Positions 37,822-52,090 of a DNA stretch of 64,000 nt are shown here, in pieces (within the stretch, counting starts at the first letter, position 1; each line of letters starts with the position of its first letter). Origin of the DNA: Octopus vulgaris (taxonomy: Eukaryota); contig OX597820.1 of the NCBI GenBank assembly GCA_951406725.2, positions 23,250,001-23,314,000 of the forward strand, read 5' to 3'. A program made the position numbers and the translations under genes. Below the pieces are notes generated by a model, which worked only from the letters and a program-made list of their open reading frames with translations, did not search any database and was not told the DNA's origin.

Positions 37822-38045
37822 ATAGGCAGCAAGCTGGCAGAATTGTTAGCACACTGGGCGAAATGCCTAGCGGTATTTCGTCTGCCGCTACGTTTTGAGT
37901 TCAAATTTCGCCGAGGTCGACTTTGCTTTTCATCCTTTCGGGGTCGATAAATTAAGTACCAGTTACGCACTGGGGTCGATGTAATCGACTTAATCCGTTT
38001 GTTTGTCTCCTCTGTGTTTAGCCCCTTGTATGTAGTAAAGAAATA
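37822..38045 (+). mobile_element. SINE family A copy (young)
   Basis: Perfect 20-bp TSD ggtactcatttttagctgaa at 37802-37821 and 38046-38065; CpGs retained. Confidence 0.9.
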
Positions 38046-40619
38046 GGTACTCATTTTTAGCTGAATGTACTAAGTGAAAGTGTTTTATTCAGAGACACAA
38101 CTAACCACTTGATCTGCGGATCAAACCAACAAACTAAGGTCAATAATGGTTGTGAGCTCAGCCCCCTAAACTGTAAATCTCTACTAAAATATGTATGTAC
38201 ATTGAAAGAAGCACAAAATTTATTGTTCATAATCATATAATCATGTGTATAAATAATTGACAAAACTGTATATACTTGTGTCAAAGTTAAATTTTTAGAC
38301 TTTTTTTAAGCTAAATTTCAGGGGTTGATTGGAAACTACTTTTGAGGTGCTGAAATTCCAGGTTCAATCCCAAGTATTGCACCAGCAGCAGAACTTCAAA
38401 TGATTCCTTAAATGAATAAAGGTAAAAGAACTAAAGCAATAAAGCATACTCTTTTACTTATTTCAGTCATTTGACTGCGGCCATGCTGGAGCACTGCCTT
38501 TAGTCAAGCAAGTCAACCCCGGGACTTATTCTTTGTAAGCCCAGTACTTATTCTATCGGTTTCTTTTGCCGAACCATTAAGTGACAGGGACATAAACACA
38601 CCAGCATCGGTTGTCAAGCCATGTTGGGGGGACAAACACAGATACACAAACATACACACACACACATATATATACATATATATGATGGGCTTCTTTGAGT
38701 TTCCATCTAAATCCACTCACAAGGCTTTGGTCAGCCCGAGGCTATAGTAATAGACACTTGGTGCCACGCAGTGGGACTGAACCTAGAACCATGTGATTGG
38801 TAAGCAAGCTACTTACCACACAGCCACTTATACGCCTATAGTGAATAAAAGTAGCAAATTCATGTGCCTAGCTTCTATACAGATTAATGTTGCAGTGTAG
38901 TTATGTGATACTAATTGCACTACTTCGATAACGAACTTGAGAAATCTGTAACTTAGTATTTATATGAATTGCATATGAAATATATAATAATGTGGAAGGA
39001 ATGGAATTCATTCCCTTCCTGCAGCATTTATACACAGGATAATCCTTCAGTTAGCCTATATTGTTTAGTTACCTATGCTTGGCTTTCACAAGTGTTACAT
39101 GGGAAATTCCAAATGTTTAAAGCTCCTACCAAAAAGGGAGTTGGCATTTTCAAGTATTATAGAGTACTTGGATATATGTTTTCCTTGCTATTTATTATTA
39201 ATTCTTTGAAATCTTTCATGTCAGTTTTATAACCTTCCATTTCCTCTTGCTAGATTTGTCTTTTATCCTACTTAAATTGATAACTTATGTACCAGTAATA
39301 CACTAAGACAAGAACAGTGGACTGTACCAGAATTGAAATTTTTTGACTAATCAAAGGAAATCACTAATTATTAGCCCTGTTGTGTTGTGACAATCTGAGC
39401 TTCTGAATCATATTTGTTCCACATTTATGTGGTAATAACATCTGTTAATTTCCTTTCCTTTAACTTCATTTAGTCCCTGCAGGTAGCTATATACTCAGGC
39501 CTTCTTCTCATCTCACTTTGTACTATCTCCACTCATATCTTGTCATCTTCACTGTCCCACGTACAAGACTCTGCACTAAAACACTTCACTTAGTCCTTCC
39601 TTCACTGGACTGCAAACTCAGGAATTAGCTCCTCATCAGTTGTAATCTTCCTTGCAGTATCAACTTACAAATGTTGAAGCTGAATATCAACCATATGGAC
39701 ATTAATAGTTCAAAAGAGTCTGCAAAAGTTGAGGCCATTGCCCCTGCTCCTCAAGTTAACTTTATAAAAATTTGAAAATAGAAGTGAATGAAATCTGTCA
39801 TAAAAAAATAGGAAGAAAAAGGAAATGGATGTTGTTTCCATATCTGGAGAACACAAGACTAAATACTTTACCATTTCTTTCACATCTGGCATGCCACTAT
39901 TCTGATTTTGAACCCCACCAGAATCAACTTGGTACTTCTTCCTAATTATTTTATTTATTTATGCGCCCTTTTCAAGCCTAGCCAGGCTCATGGGCCCGGT
40001 TTCTGTGGGGTATGTGTTCCCCCCAGCTGGACGGGACACCAGTCCATTGCAGCATTACTCAAGAAACAGGAAGAAAGAGTGAGAGAAAGTTGGGGCGAAA
40101 GAGTACAGCAGGGATCTCCACCACCCCCTGCTGGAGCCTCATGGAGCTTTAGATGTTTAGAGCCATTGCACCTCCACTTCTTCCTAATAGAATCAAAGTA
40201 AAGTATAGAGGAGATGTGAACATAGGGTTCACTTGAATCAACCCTAATCCTACAAAATATGGAGCTCATCAAAAGAAATATCAATTAAAACAGATATGCT
40301 CATATATTTAATATTGTATGTTCCATCAGTAAAGTAGCATTTAACATGTTATTAATGTTTAAATGATGTCTCATTTCTGGGACACACCAGGTCTATATTT
40401 CACTAAACATGTTGTTTAGCCCTAGGTTAACTAGACATATGATCAAAAGGGTACTAACCATGACCATCCTTTTAGAGTGTATCGTGGATAGAGATGGAGA
40501 GTTGGATGTGTATAGGATTGGGTTTTGCTTTCATAGGACATGAAATTCAGATTCAACATTGGCATTTTGCAATGCTTCTAAGCTGATGGTTATATTCTCT
40601 ATTGTCTCATATTACCTAC

Positions 40620-41015
40620 CTTATTGACACAAGACTAAATCATCTGGTAATGTTGTTGGAAATAAACTAAAAATCTGTTACTTTTTTATTAGAGCAAGAT
40701 ATCAGATCATCTGGCAGTGCTCCAAGTGATCAAGATCGCTTATTTATTGAGACTTGGTGTCAAATCATCTGGTAGTGTAACTGGAAATAAATTACAAACC
40801 TCATTGTGTCACCTATGTATTGAGACAAGGTATCAAATCCTCTGGCAGTGCTACTGGAGATAAACTAGTAATGTTGATCACCTGATTATTGAGACTAGGT
40901 ATCATCTCATCTGGAAGTGTTTTTGGAAAGAAACTAGAACCTTCTTTGTCATCTGCCTATAGACACTAGACATTAGATCATTTGGCAGTGTTACTGGAAA
41001 TTAGCTTGTCACCTA
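40620..41015. repeat. Degenerate ~58-bp tandem repeat x~7
   Basis: Recurrent attgagacaaggtatcaaatcatctggcagtgttactggaaataaact-like unit. Confidence 0.75.
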
Positions 41016-41825
41016 TCAGTAATCTGCTTATGCCATGAGGCTGGAGCTAATCTCTGTCTTCCAGAGGGCTTCCTCAAGCCACTGTGTATGTTTAGATATT
41101 ATGATTTGGAAATAACCTTATGAACTCTTTGGAACAGTTCGCAGATCTATGATCCCATTCTTGTTACTGCTGTGTTTACATTACGATTTTTTGCCATAAG
41201 CACAAGGTACCAGATTCGTGAAAAAGAGAGAGGATTAAGAAACTGTGATGTTCATGGCTTTCCCCCAAGCAGTAGTATATGTGATGTGAAGTATCTACGA
41301 ATATGAATTAAAAGTGTATTTGGCCGGCCAGAAGTTTGCTTGTGCCCTAGTTCATGGTAGTCTAGACATATTTTAATATCAAAAACAATGTTGATTATTG
41401 AGCTACTAAGGGGGCCTCTGTATATTTGCTTGGCATTCTAGAAATAGCAGCCAAATCTCTCTTAAATGGCCCCCTACATTGGATGCATTAAATACTGCTG
41501 ATCAAGTAGCTCTATTCTGGAATAAAAGGCTGAATGATCACAGCATAAATCTTTTTTTTATCACAGGTCTTTTCAGTCAGGGGTAGCTAGGGCCGTAGAC
41601 AACAACAGTAGGAATTATTCATTAGATAATGTAGACCAATCTTTTATCCTTCACTTGTTTCAGTCATTAGACTGCGGCCATGCTGGGGCATTGCCGTGAA
41701 GGGTTTAGTCAAAACAAATCTACCCCCAGTACTTTATTTTTAAAAGTCTGGTTCTTATTCTATCAATCTCTTTTTGCTGAAGTTGTCAAGCAGTTGTGGA
41801 GGATAAACACAAGGGTACACATGCT

Positions 41826-42043
41826 CAGGTGGCCCCAAAAGTAGGTTTACAGTTATCACATAGGCACTTTAAATTTCTTTTAAAACATTTTATTACATTT
41901 AAATTTCTATCTTACAAACTGAAAAGGGAACTTGACAAAATTAAGTAAATTAGCATAGAATAATGGTTTCATATTTTTATATAATTAAGATCTAAACTGT
42001 TAATATATGAATGCAAAAGAGATAGTTGAATAACTGTAAACCT
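41826..42043. mobile_element. Tc1/mariner-like MITE inside a SINE B copy
   Basis: Inverted aggtttacagttat (41843-41856) / ataactgtaaacct (42030-42043). Confidence 0.5.
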
Positions 42044-42044
42044 C

Positions 42045-42081
<37 letters not shown>

Positions 42082-43430
42082 GACTGGCTTCTTTGTTTCC
42101 ATCTACTAAATCCACCCACAAGGCTTTGGTTAGCTTGGGGTTATAATAGAAGACAGTTGCTCAAGGTGCCTTGCAGTGGGACTGAACCCAGATCCATGTG
42201 GTAGGAGACATTCTTCTCACTACCACAGCTGCACCTGCACCTAGTATGTACACTATTTCTGAAAAAGAGACTGCAGTGTCACTGCATGAATGCTTAGCTG
42301 GGAACCTGGGCCCATAAACAGCAACAATGACAAACTGTAAGATATTATTGCTATAAAAACATTTTAAATAAATGAAAACCCACCGAAAATGTCTTTAGAC
42401 ACAGTGTATTCAGGACTACTACATTATGCAATATGCATTTCCTTTTCTAATACAGAATGGTGCAATTTGAGGGAAATTTGACTACTATTTCTACAAGGTT
42501 GTGCAAGCACATTATTTCTTCTCATTAACTTCCTGTCTCTTGGCTTCTCTCTCTCTCTCACACTCACTCGCACACATATAGGAAAGAAAAAAGACCTATT
42601 CATTGCAAAATTGTTGTTTAACCCCAGGTCAACCCTGAGTGAGCAGACATAGGCTCATAGGTATTCCAGTCGTGATCACCCCTTTTACTTTTCTTGGATA
42701 TTAAGTATACGTAAGAATACACTAACACTCATGTTTGTCCATTTTCAAAATAACAGAGTGCCATTAGAGGGAGACTTAGTTGTTATTTCTATTTGATCAA
42801 GTAACACCATCAGAACTCTTTCAGCTGCTTGTAGGTTACGAAATTGTTCTTACAAACTGAATGATCCTCTATGTATTTGCTTGACCTGCTGGATATTGCA
42901 GCCAAATCTTCCTCAAATCAAACCTTACAGGCTTAAAAAAAAAAGATGTTGAGCACAACAAAAAACGGCGATAAAACATGGTCATAACTGGAATGCATTT
43001 GATCATAGCTCTACCTAATCAAAGATTACCTAGGGCTAAACAATAACATGTCTTTTTTCAGATTCCTCAGGTGTGGCTTAACCATTTTTGTTACCATATT
43101 TCTGTTGAAATACACTGCCTTTGTGGCAATAAATTTTTAAAATAATGAAGAATTCAGTAAAATAATTGTCATTATTAAGTTTTGTTGAGGAGATGAGGAG
43201 ACATATTAAAAACATGCTCCAACCAGGACGTCCTGTCATACATTTTTTTAGACATTGTTTATATGCAAATGAAGGAAAGATGGTTAGATACTTCTGTCAT
43301 TGGATTCTGTTATTGTTTAGCCCTAGACTGAGCAGACTTATGATCAAAGACGTTCCAACTATGCCCACATTGTCATATATATATATGAAATACTGATGGA
43401 AGGTTTATTTGTAATTTCAATCACCATTAA

Positions 43431-43634
43431 CCCTTTAGTGTTTAAACCAGCTATATCAGGCCAAAATTATCTTCCTGTTTTATGCTCAAAGCAGCCAGTT
43501 CTGACCTCTCACACCTACCCTACAAAGTCATTCTAAAAATAAACAGGGACATCATCAAAATCTCAGAGTTACAAGATGCTGTACAATTAATTTAAAACAA
43601 TGTAATTAAACAGAGTAATCTGAATGCTAAAGGG
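43431..43634 (+). mobile_element. TTAA-flanked MITE type 1 (piggyBac-like ends)
   Basis: TTAA|CCCTTTAG...CTAAAGGG|TTAA; related copies ~1835-2053, 25140-25341, 35615-35832(-). Confidence 0.8.
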
Positions 43635-46479
43635 TTAAAATGGGAAGTTTCTATCATAGAACCAAGGGCTGTCTCTGGTGAGTTGGTATCAGAAGAGTTA
43701 AGGAAGAATTAACTGCCATTTTTAGCAGGTTGAGTAACTAATGAACAACGACAAAATCAAATGAAGGAAGGATAAATGCTTCCTTTCATTGGCTTATGTT
43801 GTTGTTGAACCCTAGGCTGAGGAGACATGTTAAAAACATGCTCCAAGCAGGACGTCCTGTTGTACATTTTTTTAGACCTTGTTTATATGCAAATGAAGGA
43901 AAGATGGTTAGATACTTCTGTCATTGGATTCTGTTATTGTTTATCCCTAGACTGAGCAGACTTATGATCAAAGATGTTCCAACTATGCCCACATTGTCAT
44001 ATATATATTTTTTAAAGATATAGCCTTTATAGGACCAGATGGCAAACTTACAAAATGCTCCTTAAATGACCATTATTTTATTAATTCGTTCTTTTGTTCT
44101 TTTGCTTGTTCCAATCATTGGACCACATCCATACTGGGATATCACTTTTGAAGGGTTTAGTCAAACAAATTGACCCCAATACTTTTCACTTTGCGCCTTT
44201 GAAGATGTGTGAAATAAAAGATCCCTTCCTTGGCAAACAGGAAGGGCACCTGGCCGTAAAACAATGCTTTGGTAATATATATAAATATCCATCTAACCCA
44301 TGCTAGCACGAAAAAAAAAAGCAGATGAAAAATTGAAATAAAAGATATTTATTTTATCAGTCTCTATCTACTGAACTGCTAGGTTATGGGGGAATGTAAA
44401 CAATTCAACACAGGTTGTCAGATGATGAATAAATGCCAAGATGAGAACACACCACACACACGTGTGTGTGTGTGTATATATATATATATTTATATATACA
44501 TACATAACATGTACACACATACATATATGTATGTATGTATGTATATATATATATATATATGTGTGTGTGTGACCGGTTCCTATGCAGTTCAGTTTGACCA
44601 AATTTACTCACAAGACTGGTTGATTTGGGACAACAGCCGCAAACACTTGCCCAAGGCGCAGTGCAGTGAGAGTGAACTTAAAACCATGGGATTGGGAAGC
44701 AAACCTCTTAACCACATAACCATCCTTGCACATATTTATTTATTTCATTGTTTTTAGTTTTACTTTCCAGGAATTACTTCGTTATCCTTTTAACCTGTTG
44801 TTTTATTTTTTTGTGTTTTGATTTGATTTTTGTTTTTTGTATTCCTCAGCGTATGTATGTATGTGTGTGTAAAGATGTTTCTTAATTTTCATATTTTTTA
44901 CTCTCCAAGAAACTTTTGGTATGTAATCATGGAATTTTAAGATTATTCTGAAGAACCAGAAGAGGAATTTTTTTTTTTTTGTTAAATCTTGAAAATGTCT
45001 GGCCTTTATCATGGACTAAGGCTGCTGCTGCTGCTGCTTGATATTCAGAATGACAGACAATGGAACCAACAAATTCTGTATAGCTTTTTTGAACTTTTAT
45101 ATATCTTTTCTCTCTCTCTCTCTCACTCTCTCTCTTTTCTTTTAAAAACCCACAATCATGAAAACAATACATATTCATACATTCACACATTTACATAATT
45201 TTTGCTTATTTGTAAACAAATACACACAAAAACAAACATCAATTTTTTTGTTTTGTTTTTGCTTAATTTTTTAAAGAATAATCAACATTTTCTAAAATTA
45301 TAATTTTTTTTTCAAGAATTGTCAATTTTTTAAAAATGAATTATTGATTTCTTTTTTAAAGAATTCTCTTTCTTTTTTTTTAAATAATTACCAATTTTCT
45401 TTCAAGAATATTAATTTTTTTTTTTTTTTTTGTAACGGTTTATCACAGTTTTTAAAAAAATTCAATTTATACATGACAATTATTGATGTTCACCCTACTT
45501 CTCTAGTGAACCAAATTTCCCATTCAACGACTATCTTTTATTGAAGTGGAAGACTTTCTTCAGAAGTTAGCCACTATTCACAAACAGTTTACAATACAAT
45601 GACCACACAACCTGTATTATATTTAAAAGAAAAAAACCCAACTAACACTGCAGTTATGTGATATAAAACATGCAATCACATTTTTTTTACCGTGATTCTG
45701 CAAAAGTAAAAAAAAAGCAACAAAAAACTGCACCCCTTTGCACCAATATCATTATTTATTTAATACTATGTTCTGTTTTTTTTCTTGCTATTTTATCAAT
45801 GAAATTTTTATTATCTATTCTTCCCTCTCTCTCTCTGTCTCTTTTATACCACACTCTCATTTTTATTTTTCTGTCTTTTTTTCCCCCCCATTAACTAATG
45901 TTGTGATAAAAAAAAAAATAGCAGTGAAACTTCATTAGTCTGGTTTTGGAAAGTGGTGTTAGGGTTTATTGTAATATAATAAGCTGATTTGAAGGAAGAG
46001 GACTCGAGTGTTTTCTGCATGATCATTCTAGTTTTGGATAGTTAAACACACAACCCAGACTTCTATTTAACATAATGTAGTTGGTAATATGGAAATATTA
46101 CTGGAATCAGATAATCTGTCTTTTTTTTTTTAACAAAAACTAACATTTATACATGCAAAGTACAAAACCCACAAACCTGATACACTAATTTCTGAGAAAG
46201 AAAAAGCGGATCTGACAGTGTCTTCTTTGTCACAGTTTTGAGTAGAAAGTTGGGTTTACAATATTATTAGACTCAGCGTCCGACTTGTCTCTCATTCCAG
46301 CTTTGTCACTTTTGCTATACTGCATATATGCTTGGTGGAACTCAGATTAAATTTAAATATGACTACTTCTCGGACATTTGAGAGCTGTTCTTAAAAAAGC
46401 AGTCACAATGGAAGATATAAAGGTACATGGGCAACTGAGGCATCATAACTGCTTCTACCTAGGTTACATATTCTACATG

Positions 46480-47055
46480 TCCCCTTATAAATCAGAAAAT
46501 AAAGTGCTAGTATTTCATCATCACATACACATTACCATTCATGTAGACAGTCATAGTGATCACCTACGAAAGGTTCATTGCCTGTTCATGGTTTGAAATT
46601 AATTATAGTGAATGAAATGAACACAGAACTGCTTTCACTTTTCAGTTAGAACAATTTTCCTCCTGGCAGTGAAGTGATGGTATTTCATTGTCACATACAC
46701 AAGTACCACTTTGCCTGTTAAACTAACAACGACCACCTTTAATAGGTCCATTGTTTATGGTTTCATAATGTTCTTATCTTTGGAATTAGTTTTAGTGAAT
46801 GAAGTGTACACAGAGTTGCATTCATTTTTTTTTTAGAGACAACACAATCATCCTCCAGCAGCCAAGTTGTGGTACTTCATCATCTCATACACAGATACAA
46901 CCTTGTTGTCATAGTAACAATGATCACTTTTAAAAGGTTTGTTGTCTGTGATTTCAAAATGTTCTTATCCATGAAATTAACTAAGAAGTCTACACAGAAC
47001 TAGATTCATTCTTCAGGTAGAACAATTTTTCTCCTAGCAGCCAAACATTGGTTAG
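46480..47055. repeat. Degenerate ~180-bp tandem repeat x~3
   Basis: Recurrent ggtatttcat...acatacaca, aatgttcttatc, acacagaact and agaacaatttt blocks. Confidence 0.65.
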
Positions 47056-49031
47056 TATGACAAGAAACTGAATGCTCTTTAGGTTTTACATCAGAGTATC
47101 CTTCTCTTTGATGTTTTAACAAGAACCAGGGGTTCGTCATTCACGAAAATGTCTTATAGTAAATTGATTCACTGTCTTAAATATTGTTAGGTAGTTGTTG
47201 ACACTGTTTGGTTCATCTGTTTTTTGGAGAAGATTTTATTTATGCCTTGCTGAGTTTCTTGTAACCTTCCTGAACAAGCTTGGCCTGGTAATTGCAGATG
47301 ACCTGAGGATGTAACAGATGGCACTGGATTACAGGAGACTAGTTGCACTCAGAGCAACCTAACATATGTGTACACAGAGACACTCTTCTGCCTCTCTTTC
47401 TCTCTTATGCTCTCTTTACATATACACACACAAACAAATGCATTTCTACCTCTCTAGACACACACTCTCTTCTATCTCTTTACAAATATACATTGGCATA
47501 CTCAAACACACTTCTATTTTTACATATAGACACATACACACAGACACACACACACACTCTTTTTCCTGTCTACAAATTTATATACATGCCCTCTCTCTAT
47601 TTCTAGTTGCACATACATGCTCTCTTTCTTTCAGCTACCTCTCTCTCCTCACATACACTTTTTTCTGCTTTTCTAGATACACACACACACACACACACAC
47701 ACTCTCCCCCACTCTCTTTCTTTTCTACCTCTCTACAGATACACACACACACATGCACACACACTCTTACCATGTCATATATCTCTATATGGCTTTCAAT
47801 AATTAAACTGAACAACACAAAATTTAACAGACAGTTTTTGCTTAAGCACCATATCTAGTGCTTAGGTTTTTCTTTCCAGTAATTGAAACCTTATTTTTTA
47901 AATACTTTAGATATATTTGAAATATCCTTTTATTTCTTCCATAATTCTTGCTCTTTGTTTTCTGTTTAAACATTATATATATATATATATCCACTTTCTT
48001 TTTAATTCCTAATTCTTAGTAACAAAATCTACTAAACCATTTTGTTAATGCTCACCTCCCATGACTAGCAGTGGTACAAAACAATATAGTTTCTTGTCAT
48101 TTTTTTAATTATTGGTGGGGATTGGCAGAATTGTTAGAGCATTGATAAAATGCCTTGTGCGTTTGTTTCAGCTCTTTGCACACTGAGTTCAAATCCCACC
48201 AAAGTCACCTTTACATTTCATCTTTTCAGGGTCGATAAAATAAAGTACCAGTCAAGTACTGGGAGTGATGGTATCGACTAATCCCTTCCCCGCTCAAAAC
48301 TGCTGGCCTTGTGCCTAAATCGGAAAACATTATTATTATTATCATTATTATTATTATTATTATTACTATTATTATTATTATTATTATTACCTGTTGTAAA
48401 TTACATTTATAAGAGTCTATTCATAAAATCTGGTTATTAATTATAATTATATTGTTAATATTTATTATATTTTATTTCTTTGAGGATGTTTGAAGATGTC
48501 ATGTAATCAATGGCCGTTTTTGATGTCTGAAGAATCCCGTGGAAGAGTGGCACACCTTCAAGTAGCTATGTAAACCGATCCTTGACACTGCAGGACTTTT
48601 CTTCCTGTCTGTGTGGTGCTTAGTAGTTTTAAAGAGAGAATCAGTCCACTCGTGTCATATAATTTTTCTGGGTTTATCTGAAGTTGAGAACCATAATGGG
48701 CCATGTCCAACATGATGTAGCCTTGTATAACCCATCACCATCGCTGTATTGTGTCATCTTCGCCAAGACACTTAGCTGCCAAATGGCTCAGTTGACCAAG
48801 CTGTAAATAAATGGGTAAACATCATCCTACTGTGCTAAACAACCAACACACTTTACAATTGATCTCTGTTTCATTACTGTGCAATGCTAACTTAAAATTC
48901 TCCTGTGGGATGAATTTTGAGATTGAGTTATGGTATTAATCCTGTCAAGCTGTGTTCCTACCATAGTGGGAATATATTAACCCTTTTGTTACCATATTTC
49001 TGTTGAGATGCTCTGTGTTTCTTTCAGTTAA

Positions 49032-49459
49032 TCTATATCTATAAAAGGCAGGATGTGTGTGTGTGTGTGCGTACGTGAATGTACTTTATGCACATCCACA
49101 AATTAGCATGCATGTCGATCCAATTTTTGGAGGACATTGGTCATGATCATGGCTGTGCTTTTGTCAACTTATTTTTCCTGAGGCACCCCTGGATAGTGGT
49201 AAAAATAGCTTTTCAACCATAACTTTTACCAATTTTCATATCGGTGAAATTCGTAAGTTTGCTAACATGAGTTAAGTCCCCTGTCTTATAGCAGACCCAT
49301 TAATAAAATATAACTTTTTGGGCCGAAACTTGACAATAAGAGCTTGCAGATATTCCGCTACAAAACATTCAATAATATCAAAGCAGTAACTTTCATAAAT
49401 CAGGGTATAATTTTTGAAGACTCTTTCTAAACCCAGTCAACGACAGGCATTTCTGCTAG
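49032..49459 (+). mobile_element. Non-autonomous Helitron nested in MITE type 2
   Basis: 5' TCTATATCTATAAAA, subterminal hairpin ccagtc-aac-gacagg, 3' CTAG, inserted A|T with no TSD; the empty site is visible in the 18317 copy. Confidence 0.85.
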
Positions 49460-49800
49460 TTTTAAATATAACAAAGAACTTAGTAATTATCATTAAGCTA
49501 GTGTTAGGAACATAAATTGTAACTAAAGTTTGGTGGAAGATTTTAATTCAGAACTTTTGAAAACTAGACATTTGTGCCATAGAGCCAGAGATAGGTAGGT
49601 ATCAAAAAGGCTAAACATCTTTCCCAGATTTCTGGTAAAGTGGTAATGAACACAGATAAAAAAAAAAAAGCTGCAGCCAGTTCTGTTCAATAATTTGCCT
49701 GCAATCATTACCCTTGAGCTGTATATACAACTATTTATTTCCTTGCTCAGGAGCCCAAGAGGGTTAAAGGGAAAATTTGATAGGCAGGTATAGCAAATAG

Positions 49801-49983
49801 TGAGCTGGCAGAAACGTTAACGCACCAGGCGAAATGCTTAGCAGTATTTCATCTGCTTTCATCCTTTCGGGGTCGATTAAATAAGTACCAGTTACGCACT
49901 GAGGTCGATATAATTGAGTTAGTCTGTTTGTGTGTCCTTGTTCATCCCCTCTGTGTTTAACACCTTGTGGGTAGTAAAGAAAT
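49801..49983 (+). mobile_element. SINE family A copy with internal deletion
   Basis: 15-bp TSD aggtatagcaaatag at 49786-49800 and 49984-49998. Confidence 0.85.
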
Positions 49984-50430
49984 AGGTATAGCAAATAGCT
50001 TTAAGAATAACTAAAATAATTCCTAACAGAGAAATAGTTACTGAAGTAAGAATTTTGTGAAAAATTTTGCTTAATGAACAAACCACATGTATTTTCAAGA
50101 ACAAGTAGCATCTACAGTGGCAGTGTTGGTGGTATTACCATTTGTTTTTTATTTGAACTATTGAACCATTTCTTGTTTCTTCTCAAATGTTGCTGAATAA
50201 GGCCTCACATTTGCAGGGTATCATTCAGAAATTGTCTGGTGTCAACTGCAAAATTTGATCTTGACTTAAAATATGAGTTCTTAAAATATGAGTATTTGCT
50301 ACATTTATGCTTTTCCTTGTTACACATATTCCTATGAATGTATAAACTAGCCAACTTGAAATCTTTCTATCTTTTCTCCTCTGGGCAAATACAAGCTGAT
50401 GAGGAATAGCAGTTTTAAGCTTAGTTCATA

Positions 50431-52090
50431 CAGGGTGTGAGAGGTATTTGAGGACATATTTAATAAAACAACTCTAATCCAGCAAAAACTAAATATATTT
50501 TAATAAAAAATTTATGCATATTTATAGGCACAGGAGTGGCAGTATGGTAAGTAGCTGTAGGCGTAGGAGTGGCTGTGTGGTAAGTAGCTTGCTTACCAGC
50601 CACATGGTTCCAGGTTCAGTCCCACTGCGTGGCACCTTGGGCAAGTGTCTTCTATTATGGCGTCGGGCCGACCAAAGCCTTGTGAGTGGATTTGGTAGAC
50701 GGAAACTGAAAGAAGCTCGTCGTATATATGTATATATGTTTGTGTGTCTGTGTTTGTCCCCCAACATCGCTTGACAACCAATGGTGGTGTGTTTATGTCC
50801 CTGTAACTTAGCGATGCAGCAGAAGAGACCGATAGAATAAGTACTAGGCTTACAAAGAATAAGTCCTGGGGTCGATTTGCTCGACTAAGGGTGGTGCTCC
50901 AGCATGACCACAGTTATATGACTGAAATAAGTAAAAGATAGTAAAAGAATATTTTCTCAGGAAGCTTTTTTGCAAAGCTATTCTATGAAACTGCATTCAG
51001 ATTTGATCACTGATTCAAAATGAAATCATTGATATGCCTTCAGTAAATGGTTCTTATTCATTTCAGACATCACCTAGACACTGACAGCCTCCATTGAAGC
51101 TATGGTATTGTGAGGATGTCAATTAATCTCCCTTTCAACAATGCTCCAAATATAGTAGTCCATGGGGTTTAAATCTGGTGAGTTTGGCAGCCACAAGTTT
51201 CAGGTTGCATGATTGTAAAGATGGCCTGACATACATTCTTGGGTTACCTGGGCTTTGCAAGATGTTGTTGACTTGTTGAAACATGTATGGCCTTCCACTG
51301 TGTACATCTGCTATCCAGGGCTTAACAACTGTCTCCAGCACCTCCTTGTATCCAGCAGCATTAACTCTAAGTCCCTGTTGAAAGATCTGAGATGGCATGA
51401 CATGACCTTCAATATTCACTACCCCTAAAACCATCACAGTTGCTGGAAACTTAGTGTGCATTACTATGGGGACATCAGAAGGATCTATACATAACAGTTT
51501 GTCATTTCCCCTGTTAAACTTATGGTGGTTTTTGGTTGAAGTTTTTTCCATCAGTGAAGAACCGAAGCATGCCATGTTCATGAGTGTTTTTAACCTTAAG
51601 TAGTTATTTGGCATGAATCAAATGGTTTTCCTGTGTCTTTGTAGATATGAATTGATATCTCCTCAGTACATATGGCTTGTATTTCAATATTCTTGTGCAC
51701 CACAGTTCTGGTAGTCCACTCCAACACCTGAAGTACTTTGGCGATGGCCCCCATTGATTTTCTGAGATGATAATTTGATGACTTGTGGTGTCCTTACAAT
51801 GTCCAAACGTTTAGAATGATTTTTGTCCTTTGATGCTGTTGAAACATTCTAACCAGAGGCTTCATATTGCATCTGAAACTTTGTGTACAAAAGATTTTGC
51901 AGCATTTAGAAATTTATCAGTTTCTAAATCGCGGTGTTATGCGCATATGGCAATAATGACTGCATGTCTTTCCATTCCTAGTGTTAGCATTTTATCTGCC
52001 ATAGTGGTGGGATCTGAAAGAAAGAAAAACCCTTTAGTTGGTTTGAAGAGAGTAAGAAATTATTAATAATGTGTCCTCAAGCACCCCTCA
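50431..52090 (-). mobile_element. Decayed Tc1/mariner DD37D (maT-like) transposon
   Basis: TA|CAGGGTGTGAGAGGTATTTGAGGACA left TIR, inverted partner tgtcctcaagcacccctca at ~52072-52090. Transposase ATG 52002; KFPATVMVLGVV..GHVMP..VVKPWI..RPYMFQQ and WLPNSPDLNPMDYYIW; stops and frameshifts. Confidence 0.88.
50526..50948 (+). mobile_element. SINE family B copy inserted in a DD37D transposon, with duplicated 5' head
   Basis: ggcacaggagtggcagtatggtaagtagct followed by ggcgtaggagtggctgtgtggtaagtagct and a full body. Confidence 0.85.

Noticed and set aside
44760-46200. Repeat-poor UTR-like stretch suggesting a second gene or long 3' UTR
   Set aside because: No coding exon or decisive signal; needs transcript data.
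48527-48590. CTGAAGA...taaaccgatc possible decayed hammerhead
   Set aside because: GAAA is absent and stems are unconvincing. Isolated CTGATGA at 2294, 5850, 50396 and 59466 were rejected for the same reason.
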